Shown in pieces: positions 1 through 11,800 of a DNA stretch of 64,000 nucleotides. Below the pieces are notes generated by a model. That model did no database searches. It had not been told where the DNA came from and saw only the letters and a list, made by a program, of their open reading frames with translations. Source of the stretch: Chitinophaga pinensis (lineage in GTDB: Bacteria; Bacteroidota; Bacteroidia; UKL13-3); the NCBI GenBank assembly GCA_945860865.1, contig CAMARW010000001.1, positions 336,294-400,293 of the forward strand, written 5' to 3'. Made by a program: the position numbers and the translations under genes. Position 1 is the stretch's first letter, and each line of letters begins with the position of its first letter.

Positions 1-1959
1 GATGCTATTCGTTCTCTTTCTCATGATAGTGTGGCACATTTTTTAAATTCATCTTTAAATAAGGGTGAGATTACAGCAGTAAAGAAAGACATTAATGAGG
101 GGAATACTAAAATGCTATATATAGCTCCAGAAACCCTCAAAAAGGATGAAACCATTGAGTTTTTAAAAACCATTGATATTTCTTTCGTAGCTGTAGATGA
201 AGCGCATTGTATTTCGGAATGGGGGCATGATTTTAGGCCAGAATATCGCCGTATCAAGGCAATGGTAAAAGAGATTAAAGATGTTCCGCTTATGGCACTT
301 ACAGCCACGGCTACTCCTAAGGTTCAAAGCGATATTATAAAAAATTTACAAATGGGCGATGCAACGGTTTTTAAATCGTCGTTTAATCGCTCAAACCTGT
401 ATTATGAAGTGCGTTCCAAAGGGAAAAAAGGAGAGGCTATCAAAGAAATCGTTTCTTTTATCAAAGCTCGTCCCAATAAAACAGGTATCATTTACTGCCT
501 GAGCCGAAAGCGCGTGGATGAAATTTCAGGTATTTTGCAGGCAAATGGGATAAAAGCATTGTCCTACCATGCGGGTTTAGATGCCAAAGTTCGTGCCGAC
601 CACCAAGATAAGTTTTTAATGGAAGATGCCGACGTAATTGTGGCAACCATTGCTTTTGGAATGGGTATAGACAAACCAGATGTTCGTTTTGTAATTCATT
701 ACGATATTCCTAAAAGTATTGAGGGATATTACCAAGAAACAGGTAGAGGTGGCAGAGATGGGTTAGAGGGCGAATGTGTTTTGTTCTACAATCCTGCTGA
801 TATTGAGAAATTAGAAAAGTTTTTAAAGGATAAGCCTGTTGCTGAACGCGAAATTGGGGAATTGCTCATTTTTGAAACCGAAGCTTTTGCAGAATCTGCT
901 GCTTGTAGAAGAAAATTCTTGCTACATTATTTCGGAGAAGAGTTTCCAGAAAAAGATTGTAACAAAATGTGCGACAATTGCAGGCATCCAAAAGAGAAAG
1001 TAGATGCCCAAGAAGCAGCCCTTAATGCGCTTAAACTTATCAAGGAAATTAAAGGTAAATACAACCTTAAGCATTGTGTAGATATTTTAATTGGAAGCAA
1101 AACACATGAGGTAGCCATGAGCGGTCACCACGATTTATCTCTTTTTGCAGTGGGCAAAGATAAAGATGATAATTATTGGAAATCAGTAATTAGGCAGCTT
1201 CTATTGCGTGGAATGGTATCTAAAAATATTGAAAATTACGGATTACTAGCTATTAATGAAGCAGGTGAAGCATATCTTAAAAATCCAACTCAATTTGAAA
1301 TGGCAATTGACCGTAAATTTGAGCGCCACACTGATATGGAAGAAGATGATAGTCAGGTTGAAGCCGTTTACGATGAAGTTTTATACAGTATCTTAAAAGA
1401 CCTTTGTAAAAAAGTAGCTAAGGCAAAGAATTTACCTCCTTATATCGTTTTTCAAGAACCATCTCTCCAAGAAATGGCTTTTAAATACCCTATTACCATG
1501 GAAGAATTATCTAAGGTAAGCGGTGTAAGCTCGGGGAAAGCAAGCAAATTTGGTAAAGAATTTTTAGCCGTAATAGAAAAATACGTTCAAGAAAATAATA
1601 TTGAGCGCACAGAAGATGTTACCATAAAATCTGTAGTTAATAAATCGGCCCGCAAAATTGCCATTATTACCAATATAGATAAGCGTGTTTCGTTGGATGA
1701 CATTGCCCGCGGACAAGGCTTAAAAAAGGATGAGATTTTGGTGGAAATTGAGAATATTGTAAACAGTGGAACCAAGTTAAACCTGAGCAGGTATGTTAAT
1801 GAACTTACCGAGGAAGATATCTTAGAGGAGGTTATGGACTTTTTTCGTAAAACCAACGAAAATGTTCTAGAGGCTTCTTTAAAAGAATATGGTGAGGAGT
1901 TTAGTAAAGATGATTTGCATTTAATGCATATTCATTTTGTAAGCGAAATGGCTAATTAA
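1..1959 (+). CDS. recQ: ATP-dependent DNA helicase RecQ, 5'-truncated at the window edge
   Basis: The reading frame is open from nt 1, so the gene begins upstream of the window. Helicase C-terminal motifs are present (YIAPE, DEAH-like 'VDEAHCISEWGHDFRPEY', 'QETGRGGRDG'). A zinc-binding RQC cysteine cluster (CxxC...CDNC) and a C-terminal HRDC-like region are also recognisable. Confidence 0.9.
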   Translation, partial: DAIRSLSHDSVAHFLNSSLNKGEITAVKKDINEGNTKMLYIAPETLKKDETIEFLKTIDISFVAVDEAHCISEWGHDFRPEYRRIKAMVKEIKDVPLMALTATATPKVQSDIIKNLQMGDATVFKSSFNRSNLYYEVRSKGKKGEAIKEIVSFIKARPNKTGIIYCLSRKRVDEISGILQANGIKALSYHAGLDAKVRADHQDKFLMEDADVIVATIAFGMGIDKPDVRFVIHYDIPKSIEGYYQETGRGGRDGLEGECVLFYNPADIEKLEKFLKDKPVAEREIGELLIFETEAFAESAACRRKFLLHYFGEEFPEKDCNKMCDNCRHPKEKVDAQEAALNALKLIKEIKGKYNLKHCVDILIGSKTHEVAMSGHHDLSLFAVGKDKDDNYWKSVIRQLLLRGMVSKNIENYGLLAINEAGEAYLKNPTQFEMAIDRKFERHTDMEEDDSQVEAVYDEVLYSILKDLCKKVAKAKNLPPYIVFQEPSLQEMAFKYPITMEELSKVSGVSSGKASKFGKEFLAVIEKYVQENNIERTEDVTIKSVVNKSARKIAIITNIDKRVSLDDIARGQGLKKDEILVEIENIVNSGTKLNLSRYVNELTEEDILEEVMDFFRKTNENVLEASLKEYGEEFSKDDLHLMHIHFVSEMAN

Positions 1960-2026
1960 AAATTTAAAAACTTTGTCATTGTAAATTCTAGGGAGTTTAT
2001 ACATTTGCAACTTAATTTTTTTAAAA

Positions 2027-4027
2027 GTGAGTGGTAATCATCATGCTAAACAACAGCTCTCAGTAGCTGGATTAGTTGTTGCGTTAGGTATTATTTACGG
2101 AGATATTGGTACTTCTCCTTTGTATGTATTTAAGGCAATTATACACGGGAAAGAAATCTCTGAACTCCTCATTCTAGGCGGCTTATCATGCATTTTCTGG
2201 ACACTTACCCTCCAAACTTCTGTAAAATACGTAAGCATTGTTCTTAATGCAGATAATAATGGTGAAGGGGGCATATTTGCCCTTTTTGCTTTGGTACGCA
2301 GGCGCAAACCTTTTTTAATTGTTCCAGCTATTATTGGTGGCTGCGCGCTGCTAGCAGATGGGATGATTACTCCACCCATTTCTGTATCATCGGCCATCGA
2401 GGGTTTAACCATTCGTTACCCAGATTTACCTACTATCCCCATTGTAATTGCAATTATTACTGGGATTTTCTTAATGCAACGCATGGGAACGGCTATTGTG
2501 GGCAAACTATTTGGTCCGGTTATGATTATTTGGTTTGGCATGTTAGGTACATTAGGTGTAATGGGACTTGGCGCAAATACAGAAATCTTTAGAGCTTTGA
2601 ACCCCATGTATGCCTATGAATTACTTACTGTTTATCCAAATGGTTTTTGGTTATTGGGTGCCGTTTTCCTCTGTACCACGGGTGCCGAAGCTTTATACTC
2701 AGATATGGGCCACTGCGGCAAACAGAATATTCAAGTAAGTTGGATTTTTGTAAAGAGTGCCTTGTTGCTTAATTATTTTGGTCAGGGTGCTTATTTACTC
2801 AACCATATTGGTTCGCCCATGCCCGATGTAAATCCATTTTACGCCATTATGCCCGAGTGGTTCTTGTTAATAGGCATTAGTATCGCTACCATGGCAACTA
2901 TAATTGCCTCGCAAGCCATGATAACCGGCTCATATACCTTGGTTTCTGAGGCCATTCGCCTAAACGTTTGGCCTAAAGTAAAAATTAAATTCCCGTCCGA
3001 TTTAAAAGGCCAAATCTATGTGCCTAGTGTTAACTGGATATTGTGGGTAGGTTGCATAGGCATTGTGCTATATTTTAAAGAATCTAGTGCTATGGAGGCT
3101 GCTTACGGACTTGCTATTGTTATTACCATGCTCATGACAACCATTTTATTGGTTAATTTTTTAGAGCGCAAAAAAACGCCATCTGTTTTTTTGGTTTTAC
3201 TGTTGTTGGTCTATTTAACTATTGAAGGTGCATTTCTTGTGGCCAATATTGTAAAAATTCCAGCAGGAGGTTGGATGACATTACTCATTTCTATGTCGTT
3301 TATGTTTGTGATGTGGGTATGGTACAAGGGAAGAAAAATCAAAAATAGGTTAACAGAATTTGTGAATTTAAGGGAATATTTGCCCAAGTTACATCAGTTA
3401 AGTATAGACGAATCGCTTTCTAAATATGCAACCCATTTGGTTTATTTAACCAGTGCAGATCATTTGTATGAGATTGAAAACAAGGTGATGTACTCCATTT
3501 TTCAAAAGCGCCCAAAAAGAGCCGATGTGTATTGGCTGGTGCATATTCATGTAGACGATCAGCCGTATACTATGGAGTATAAGGTAGATCACATAAGAGC
3601 CAATGATGTGGTACGTGTAGAGTTCCGACTTGGATTTAAGGTGGAGCAAAAAATAAATTTTTACTTTAGGAAAGTGGTTGAAGAGTTGGTGAAAAATGGA
3701 GAAATAGATGTTACCTCAAGATATACCTCCTTGCGCGATCAAAAAGTTACGGGCGATTTTAGATTTGTTGTTTTAAAGCGCCATCTTTCTAATGAAAATG
3801 ATTTAATGGGTATAGAGCGTTTTATTATGCAAGCCTATTTTGCCATAGATAATTTAAGTTTAAGCGAAGAAAAAGCATTTGGTCTAGATACTTCCTCTGT
3901 TACCATAGAGAAAGTGCCACTGATTGTTTCACCCATGCGCGACTTTAAACTCAAGCGCGTGTATGATAAAGGCTTTTTGTACGAACCTAGCTCAGAAGTT
4001 GTAAACGAAGATGGTTTGTGTAGTTGA
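2027..4027 (+). CDS. kup: KUP/HAK/KT family potassium transporter
   Basis: N-terminal 'GVVYGDIGTSPLY'-type motif (here 'IIYGDIGTSPLYVFKA') and about 12 predicted TM helices followed by a cytoplasmic C-terminal domain. The mapped start codon is GTG. Confidence 0.9.
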   Translation: MSGNHHAKQQLSVAGLVVALGIIYGDIGTSPLYVFKAIIHGKEISELLILGGLSCIFWTLTLQTSVKYVSIVLNADNNGEGGIFALFALVRRRKPFLIVPAIIGGCALLADGMITPPISVSSAIEGLTIRYPDLPTIPIVIAIITGIFLMQRMGTAIVGKLFGPVMIIWFGMLGTLGVMGLGANTEIFRALNPMYAYELLTVYPNGFWLLGAVFLCTTGAEALYSDMGHCGKQNIQVSWIFVKSALLLNYFGQGAYLLNHIGSPMPDVNPFYAIMPEWFLLIGISIATMATIIASQAMITGSYTLVSEAIRLNVWPKVKIKFPSDLKGQIYVPSVNWILWVGCIGIVLYFKESSAMEAAYGLAIVITMLMTTILLVNFLERKKTPSVFLVLLLLVYLTIEGAFLVANIVKIPAGGWMTLLISMSFMFVMWVWYKGRKIKNRLTEFVNLREYLPKLHQLSIDESLSKYATHLVYLTSADHLYEIENKVMYSIFQKRPKRADVYWLVHIHVDDQPYTMEYKVDHIRANDVVRVEFRLGFKVEQKINFYFRKVVEELVKNGEIDVTSRYTSLRDQKVTGDFRFVVLKRHLSNENDLMGIERFIMQAYFAIDNLSLSEEKAFGLDTSSVTIEKVPLIVSPMRDFKLKRVYDKGFLYEPSSEVVNEDGLCS

Positions 4028-4035
4028 GATAGAAA

Positions 4036-4833
4036 TTAACTATTCTTTTTCAACACATAATAACAAGTAGTAGTTACAAAATCTCTGAACCAAGGCAGGG
4101 CGGCTATGAACGCATTTTGCTTTTTGGGTTTGGCGCCAAATTTATATTTATAACTAGGGTTTATAAACCAAAATTCTCTCTGTGCAATGGCAAAACCTGC
4201 CTCTTTGGTAATGCGTTCAAAGCGGTTTATGCTAATTTGCGTTTCTTTCACTTCCAATACATCAACAATTCTTCCTTCAACCTCTCCAAACGCCCGCATT
4301 AATCCAGTATAGAGAAAATTAGGTAACAAATGAAAGTAAGGTAATTTATCAAGGAACTTACTATCTAAACTCTGCTGATGTCCGCCAAAAGGCATCATCC
4401 AAGGTGGAAAGGCAAAGAAGATTACACCGTTAGGCTTTAAAAAATGGATAATATGCTTCACAAATTTGGCCTGATCATGGATATGCTCAATGGTATCTTT
4501 TAACAAGATGATGTCGAACTTTTCATCGAGGTCTGTATCAGGATTAATTTCGTAAACATTCTTATTTAAGATTTGCGCATTCCCATTGGCTAAGTCTTCT
4601 TTTAAGAAATCTTTAGAAATATCGCTGGCCCAACCTAAAAGTTCTATTCCTGTTATGCGGCAACCAGCCTCAATAAAAGCTTTACAAACGCCACCGTATC
4701 CGCTTCCCACTTCAAGGAAACGCATACCTTTTTCAATCTTTTTTTCCTTTTCAATAAAAGGAATAATAAACTCTGTGGTAGTATCAAACTGTTGTTTAAA
4801 ATACCGGTTGTAATCGCCTTGTAATTCTATCAT
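4036..4833 (-). CDS. class I SAM-dependent methyltransferase
   Basis: Glycine-rich motif I 'LEVGSGYGGVCKAFIEAGCRITGIEL' and an acidic motif II 'DIILLKD'. Confidence 0.7.
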   Translation of the reverse strand: MIELQGDYNRYFKQQFDTTTEFIIPFIEKEKKIEKGMRFLEVGSGYGGVCKAFIEAGCRITGIELLGWASDISKDFLKEDLANGNAQILNKNVYEINPDTDLDEKFDIILLKDTIEHIHDQAKFVKHIIHFLKPNGVIFFAFPPWMMPFGGHQQSLDSKFLDKLPYFHLLPNFLYTGLMRAFGEVEGRIVDVLEVKETQISINRFERITKEAGFAIAQREFWFINPSYKYKFGAKPKKQNAFIAALPWFRDFVTTTCYYVLKKNS

Positions 4834-4874
4834 TTTTTTAACCTAACGAGTGGGCAAATTAAAGGGTTTATTAT

Positions 4875-6350
4875 TTAGTTCCTACTATAATTAGGTGCTT
4901 CTTTGGTAATGGTAATATCATGGGCATGACTTTCTTTAGATCCGGCAGTGGTTATTTTAATAAACTTACCATTTTCTTGAAGGTCTTCAATGGTTTTGGC
5001 ACCACAATAACCCATACCTGCGCGCAGGCCACCAACAAATTGATATACTACTTCTTTTAATAAGCCTTTAAATGGCACAATACCTACAATTCCTTCAGGC
5101 ACAAGCTTGGCAATTTCATCCTCTGCATCCTGGAAATATCTATCTTTACTACCTTCCTTCATGGCTTCTATAGAGCCCATTCCGCGGTACGATTTAAATT
5201 TTCTACCTTCATAAATGATGGTTTCTCCCGGCGATTCTTCCACACCAGCAAAGATAGAACCACTCATTACTGTGCTAGCGCCTGCAGCGATGGCTTTCAC
5301 TAAATCGCCACTGTATCTGATGCCGCCATCTGCAATTACTGGCACGCCGCTGCCTTTAATGGCTTTGGCTGCTTCATAAACAGCAGTTAATTGAGGCACA
5401 CCAATACCTGCAATAATTCTAGTGGTACAAATAGAACCTGGTCCTACACCCACTTTTACAGCATCTACGCCCATATCTACCAACGCTCTTGCCGCATCGC
5501 CAGTAGCAATATTCCCGGCAATAATATCAATGTTTGTAAACGATTTACGTAATCTTTGCACCTCATTCATAACCCCACGAGAATGCCCATGTGCTGTGTC
5601 AATAATTACTACATCAACACCTGCTTTAACCAATGCCGCAATGCGGTCTTCGGTTTCGGCTGCCACGCCAACTGCAGCGCCCACTATTAACCTACCATGT
5701 TTGTCTTTGCAGCCCATCGGATGATCCTTAATTTTAAGAATATCCTTGTACGTTATTAAGCCTTTTAATTTACCATCCTTGTCTACAACAGGTAATTTCT
5801 CAATTTTATATTGTTGTAAAATACTTTCAGCTTGTTTTAAATCGGTGCCTTCAGGCGCAGTAATCAGCCTTTCTTTTGTCATGATAAGCGAAACCCCCTT
5901 TTGCAAATCCTTCTCAAAGCGAAGGTCGCGGTTGGTTAAAATACCCACCAATTTGCCCTCACCGTTTACAATAGGAATGCCACCAATTTTGTTCTCTAAC
6001 ATCATGCGCTGAGCATCTTTTAAAGTGGCCGAATCGTGCAAGGTTAGTGGATCCATGATCATACCACTTTCGCTGCGCTTCACTTTCCTAACCTCATCTG
6101 CCTGACGGTCGATACTCATGTTTTTATGCAAGATACCCACTCCACCTTGCTGAGCTAAAGCAATAGCTAGTTTAGATTCTGTAACCGTATCCATTGCCGC
6201 CGAAAGGATGGGGATGTTGATACGAATATTTCTAGAAAGTTGAGTGGATGTGATTACTTCGCGCGGAAGTACTTCTGAATATGCTGGTAAAAGAAGTACA
6301 TCATCGTACGTTAAACCCTCACCAAAAAATTTTTTATTGTCTTGAAACAT
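4875..6350 (-). CDS. guaB: IMP dehydrogenase
   Basis: N-terminal '[21 protein letters not shown]', a tandem CBS insert, the catalytic loop '[11 protein letters not shown]' and 'GGIRYSGD'. 491 aa. Confidence 0.95.
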   Translation of the reverse strand: MFQDNKKFFGEGLTYDDVLLLPAYSEVLPREVITSTQLSRNIRINIPILSAAMDTVTESKLAIALAQQGGVGILHKNMSIDRQADEVRKVKRSESGMIMDPLTLHDSATLKDAQRMMLENKIGGIPIVNGEGKLVGILTNRDLRFEKDLQKGVSLIMTKERLITAPEGTDLKQAESILQQYKIEKLPVVDKDGKLKGLITYKDILKIKDHPMGCKDKHGRLIVGAAVGVAAETEDRIAALVKAGVDVVIIDTAHGHSRGVMNEVQRLRKSFTNIDIIAGNIATGDAARALVDMGVDAVKVGVGPGSICTTRIIAGIGVPQLTAVYEAAKAIKGSGVPVIADGGIRYSGDLVKAIAAGASTVMSGSIFAGVEESPGETIIYEGRKFKSYRGMGSIEAMKEGSKDRYFQDAEDEIAKLVPEGIVGIVPFKGLLKEVVYQFVGGLRAGMGYCGAKTIEDLQENGKFIKITTAGSKESHAHDITITKEAPNYSRN

Positions 6351-6533
6351 AGCAAATAATACCTTTAGTTATTTGCCGTGCAAAAATAGGGTTGAGCACC
6401 CACATAAACAAACAGTTTTTAAAATCCATATGAATTGTATAGCACGTAAACCCAATAAACTGCGTTAAACATTAAACTTTTTAGTTCCCTATTTTATTAA
6501 TATATTACACCATCATTTAAAATCAATTAGAAA

Positions 6534-7025
6534 ATGCACCTTATTAAACAAGAAATAGCCATAGAAGTATATGATTCAGAATTGGAGTTAAGCGAGGAAG
6601 ATAAAATATTGTTGCAATTAGCCAGAGAATCTATGGAGAATGCCTATGCGCCATATTCTCGATTTCTGGTAGGTTGTGTGTTACAATTAGAGAACAATAC
6701 CTTGGTAAAAGGTAATAATCAAGAAAATATGGCCTACCCAAGCGGCTTGTGTGCAGAAAGGGTTGCTATCTTTTATGCAGGTGCCAATTACCCTGGTGTG
6801 CCTGTTAAAACTATGGCTATTGTAGCAAGGGCAAAAGATTATAAAATAGAAACACCTATAGTAAGTTGTGGGGCTTGTTTGCAAAGTTTATGTGAATATG
6901 AAAGACAATTTGGTAAGCCCATTAGAACCCTTCTGCAGGCAGAAGGGGGTAAAATATGGATTGCTAATCAAGGAACTAAAGCTTTTATGCCTTTTCAATT
7001 TAATGTGGAGGAGTTAAAAAGGTGA
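6534..7025 (+). CDS. cdd: cytidine deaminase
   Basis: Zinc-binding 'CAER' and 'PCGACLQ'-type motifs ('CAERVAIFYA', 'SCGACLQSL') in a protein of about 160 aa. Confidence 0.85.
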   Translation: MHLIKQEIAIEVYDSELELSEEDKILLQLARESMENAYAPYSRFLVGCVLQLENNTLVKGNNQENMAYPSGLCAERVAIFYAGANYPGVPVKTMAIVARAKDYKIETPIVSCGACLQSLCEYERQFGKPIRTLLQAEGGKIWIANQGTKAFMPFQFNVEELKR

Positions 7026-8626
7026 TACAAACACATAAGGGTAAATATATAGATATCCTGAACCAACGAATTTTCCTTGCAGAAATTAAGGTTCAAAACG
7101 GCATAATTATGGAAATTAATGCGTGTAATGATGCGCCAGATAGGTACATTTTGCCCGGATTTATAGACGCGCATGTGCATGTTGAAAGCTCGTTATTGGC
7201 GCCAAGCGAGTTTGCACGTATGGCTCTTACGCATGGCACCATTGCTAGTATCAGCGACCCGCATGAAATTGCCAATGTTTTAGGTATGCAAGGGGTAGAG
7301 TATATGATTGAAAATGGTAAACAAGTGCCCTTTTATTTTTATTTTGGAGCTCCTTCTTGTGTTCCTGCTACGGTTTTTGAAACGGCTGGCGCCAAAATTA
7401 CGGTTAATGAGGTAAAAGAATTATTGGCTAATCCTGCTATATTTTATCTTTCTGAAATGATGAACTTTCCGGGTGTTTTAGCAGGTGATGAGGAGGTAAT
7501 GCAAAAAATTTCTGCCGCTCATGCCGCTGGTAAACCTGTTGATGGTCATGCACCCGCTTTGCGCGGTAAAGCACTTCAAAGATATGTAGCAGCCGGCATA
7601 AGCACAGACCATGAATGCTTTACTTTGGAAGAAGCAGAGGAAAAGTTAAAGTTGGGCATGCAAGTATTAATTAGGGAAGGCAGTGCCGCCAAAAACTTTG
7701 ATGCTTTGATTCCACTTTTGGATACTTACTATGCGCAAATAATGTTTTGTTCAGATGATAAACATCCAGATTCATTGCTGCTTGGGCATATAAATGTTTT
7801 GGTTAAAAGAGCACTAGAGGCTGGTTGTAATTTATTTAAGGTATTGCAAGTGGCTTGTTTAAACCCAGCCATGCATTATAAAACCAAACACGGCCTTTTG
7901 CAGGTTGGCGATGCTGCCGATTTTATTGTGGTAAATAACTTGCAAGATTGGCAAGTTTTACAAACTTTTATAAGGGGTAATTTGGTAGCAGAAACGGGCG
8001 AAACATGCTGCCCTTATATTGAACCAATTTGCCTCAATAACTTTTTGGCCGAACCTATTTCGCTTGAAGATTTAGCCCATTTACCCCGCGCTATAGAACC
8101 CGTAATCGTTTGTATAGATGGACAATTAATTACCGAAAGTAAAGCCATAAAAAGAATGGATTGCACCCCACAAAATGATTGCCTAAAATTGGTAGTTGTA
8201 AACAGGTATACCAAGGCAAAACCTGCCATTGCCTATGTAAAAAACTTCGGCTTGAACCAAGGTGCCATTGCCAGTTCTGTTGCTCATGATAGTCATAATA
8301 TTATTGCCGTTGGATACAGTGATGCAGATATACTTAAAGCGGTAAATATTGTAATTGCAGAAAAGGGAGCTCTGGTAGCTTGTAATGAAAAAGAACAAAT
8401 AGTTTTACCTTTACCTATTGCAGGTTTAATGAGTAATTTGGATGCCTGGCAAGTTGCTCAGAAGTATACTCACTTAGATCGTTTTAGCAAAGAAGTTTTA
8501 GGTTCAAGCTTAACTGCTCCTTTAATGAGTTTATCATTTATGGCTTTATTAGTAATTCCACATTTAAAATTGAGTGATTTGGGCCTTTTTAATGGCGATA
8601 ATTTTGCATTTGTTGAAAGAGATTGA
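7022..8626 (+). CDS. ade: adenine deaminase
   Basis: Amidohydrolase metal-binding 'GFIDAHVHVESS' and adenine-deaminase-like 'THGTIASISDPHEIANV'. 534 aa. The GTG start overlaps the cdd stop codon (GTGA). Confidence 0.8.
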   Translation: MIQTHKGKYIDILNQRIFLAEIKVQNGIIMEINACNDAPDRYILPGFIDAHVHVESSLLAPSEFARMALTHGTIASISDPHEIANVLGMQGVEYMIENGKQVPFYFYFGAPSCVPATVFETAGAKITVNEVKELLANPAIFYLSEMMNFPGVLAGDEEVMQKISAAHAAGKPVDGHAPALRGKALQRYVAAGISTDHECFTLEEAEEKLKLGMQVLIREGSAAKNFDALIPLLDTYYAQIMFCSDDKHPDSLLLGHINVLVKRALEAGCNLFKVLQVACLNPAMHYKTKHGLLQVGDAADFIVVNNLQDWQVLQTFIRGNLVAETGETCCPYIEPICLNNFLAEPISLEDLAHLPRAIEPVIVCIDGQLITESKAIKRMDCTPQNDCLKLVVVNRYTKAKPAIAYVKNFGLNQGAIASSVAHDSHNIIAVGYSDADILKAVNIVIAEKGALVACNEKEQIVLPLPIAGLMSNLDAWQVAQKYTHLDRFSKEVLGSSLTAPLMSLSFMALLVIPHLKLSDLGLFNGDNFAFVERD

Positions 8627-8800
8627 TGCTGTTTTTACCAAAAATCTGATGCTATTTTATACTGTTTACTGTATAATTGTAAGATGTTCAAAAATAAATT
8701 TTATGAGGGCCAATTTTATAAACCTAAATCTATTATTTCTGGATGCAATGGAATTGCAGGTGATCTTAACTTTAAACTAAAAAAAGTAATTTTATAAAAA

Positions 8801-11800
8801 ATGCAGGCACACAATCATTTGCTTGTTCAGAAATTGGATGCTTTTATAAAAAAGTATTACAAAAATTTATTGCTAAAAGGTGCCATAATTTTTGTGGGTT
8901 TGTTTGTATTGTTTTTTTTGAGCATTACAGCCTTAGAATATTTTGGCAGGTACAATTCTGCAACTCGGGCATTTTTATTTTATGCTTTTCTTGTTATATC
9001 TGGCATACTTCTATTGCGTTTTATACTTTTTCCTTTGCTACAATTGTTTAAAATAGGTAAGCAAATTTCGCATGCGCAGGCGGCGCTCATCATAGGTGTT
9101 CATTTTAAAGAAGTAAGTGATAAACTAATGAATGCCCTGCAACTTTTGGCTCAGGCCAATGAAAGCAATAGTTTATTAACGGCTGCCATACAGCAAAAAA
9201 CCCAAGAGTTATCTCCTTTACCTTTTACAGCAGCGGTAAACTACAAGAAAAATATAAAGTATTTACGTTGGGCAATTATTCCAGTTTTGTTGTTAATAAT
9301 TATCCTTATTGGTTCGCCCAAATTATTGAGCGAAGGAGCTAAAAGGGTTATTCAATATAACCAAACGTTTAAAGAACCTGCTCCTTTTGTTTTTGAAATA
9401 AGCAATGATAAGTTGGAGGCAGAACAGTTTCAAGATTTTGAATTAGCTGTTAAGGTGCAAGGAAATGAAATTCCTGGAGATGTTTTTGTGCATGCTTTTA
9501 ACCAAATATACCGCATGGAAAAAGTGGATGCCACGCATTTTACTTATACCTTTAAAAATTTGCAACAAAGCACTCCTTTCTATTTGGAAGCATTAGGTTT
9601 TGAAGATGATGTGAGGCAAATTGTTGTGCTAAACAGACCTATTATGTTGTCTTATGCTGTGCATTTGGATTACCCAGCTTATTTGCAACAAAAGGATGAA
9701 ACCATTAATAATCCGGGCGATTTAAACATCCCAGCTGGCACGGTTGTGAAGTGGCAATTTACGGGCAAACAAACCGAGTCTGTGCGTTTACAATTTAACA
9801 AGTTTGAGGTTAAGGCAGAAAGCAAAGATTTGGTGCATTACCAATACAGTAGAAAGTTTTTTGTCTCAGATGCGTATGCCATAAAGTTGAGCAATAGTAA
9901 GGTAAACAAGGGCGATTCTTTGTTCTTTCAGATTTCGGTGGTGCCCGATGCTTTTCCGCAAATAAGTATGGAAGAACAGCGGGATTCTGTAACGGGTAAA
10001 ATTTTGTATTTTGGTGGTTCAGCCTCCGATGATCAAGGTTTGAGCAAGCTTACTTTCAATTATAAATTTTTAAAATCGGCTGATCCTAAGAAAGTAGATA
10101 GGGGTTTGGTTACACAAAATATTCCCATACAAATAGGCAAACAAATAAATATTGCCCATGTGTTTAATTTATTTGAAATTGATTTGAACCTAGAGGATGA
10201 GTTAAGTTATTATTTTGAAATATGGGACAATGATGCGGTTTATGGTGCCAAGTCTACTCAGTCTAAACCTTTTGTTTTAAAAGCCCCTTCTAAGCAAGAA
10301 GTAAAAGATCAATCGCAGCAAGATAGCAAGGCTTTGCAGCAAAAAATGGAAGAAGCTCTAAAAGAATCTAAAGATTTGCAAAAAGAGTTAAAAGATGTTC
10401 AGAAGAAATTAAAATCGCAGCAACCTTTAACTTTTGAGGAGAAGAAAAAACTAGAACAATTGCAAAAAAGGCAAAAAGATTTGGTTCAGAAAATAGAAGA
10501 ATTACAACAAGATTTTAAGCAGAAAAACCAGAAAGAACAATCTTTTAAAGAGGAAGAAGAGCGCATTTTAGAGAAGCAAGAGCAGTTGCAGAAAATGTAT
10601 GAGGAGATGCTTACTGATGAAATGAAGCAGTTAATGAAAAAGCTAGACGATATGGTAAAAATGCAGAACAAAGACCAGATTCAGAAGGAGCTAGATAAGT
10701 TAGATGTAAACAACAAAGATGTAGAGAAGGAGTTGGATAGAATGTTGGAAATGTACAAGGAAATGGCCTTAGAGAAGAAAATGGAAGAAACCATGAAGGA
10801 CTTAAAAGACCTTGCCCAGAAGCAAAATGAATTAGCTAAAGAAACAGAACAAAAGACTAAAAGCAACGAAGAATTATTGAAGAAACAAGAGGAGTTAAAC
10901 AAGGCATTTGAGGAGGTTAAAAAGGATATTCAGGAAATGCAAAAAGAGAATAAACAATTAGAAAACCCCAAAGAATTACCTGATACCAAAGAAGCAGAGA
11001 AGAAGATTGAGGATAAGTTGCAACAAAGCAAGGATGAATTAAGTAAGGGAAATAATAAAAAGAGCAGTAAAAGTCAGAAAGAAGCCGCCGACGAAATGGA
11101 GCAAATGCAAGAAAAAATGCAGGAGCAAACGGAGAAAGAAGAGGAGGAGCAAGAAGAAATAGATGAAAAGGCTCTGCGTGAAATATTGGAAAATGTGGTT
11201 CAATTAAGCAAAGACCAAGAGGATATTATGGAGCAAATGAAGGGTTTAGTTGGCTATAATCCTCAATTTGTGAAAATGGCGCAGGAGCAAAAAATCATAA
11301 AAGATAATGCCAGAATGGTAGAAGATAGTTTATTGGCATTAAGCAAAAGAGTGCCAGCTATTCAATCTTTTGTAAACAGAGAGGTAACCAAGTTAAACAG
11401 TCATTTGGATCAAGCTAGTAATAGTTTTTCTACGCGCAATGAGGGGCAAATTAGGGTGCAACAACAGTACGCCATGACCCGTATGAATAATCTTGGCCTA
11501 CTGCTTAGTGAGGCATTGCAACAAATGCAGCAACAATCGCAAGAAAAGAAGGAATCTAAAAAATCGGGCAAAGGTAAACCTTCTAAAAAACCAGGCAAAG
11601 GAAGTAAGCCAAGCATGAGTCAGCTTAAGAAAATGCAAGAGGAAATGAATAAGCAGATGAAAGATGGCATGAATAAAAATGGTAAAGGAGAAAGTAGTAA
11701 ACCCGGCACTGAGCAGTTTGCCCGCATGGCTGCCAAACAAATGGCTATTAGGCAACAAATGCAAAAAATGTTGAGCCAAATGGATGCCCTAGAGAAAGAG

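Noticed and set aside
2095-2607. Minus-strand ORFs (105 and 63 aa) inside kup
   Set aside because: They are antisense to the potassium transporter gene and have no motifs.
5422-6012. Two plus-strand ORFs (100 and 88 aa) inside guaB
   Set aside because: They are antisense to IMP dehydrogenase, which is near-certain, and no supporting signals are present.
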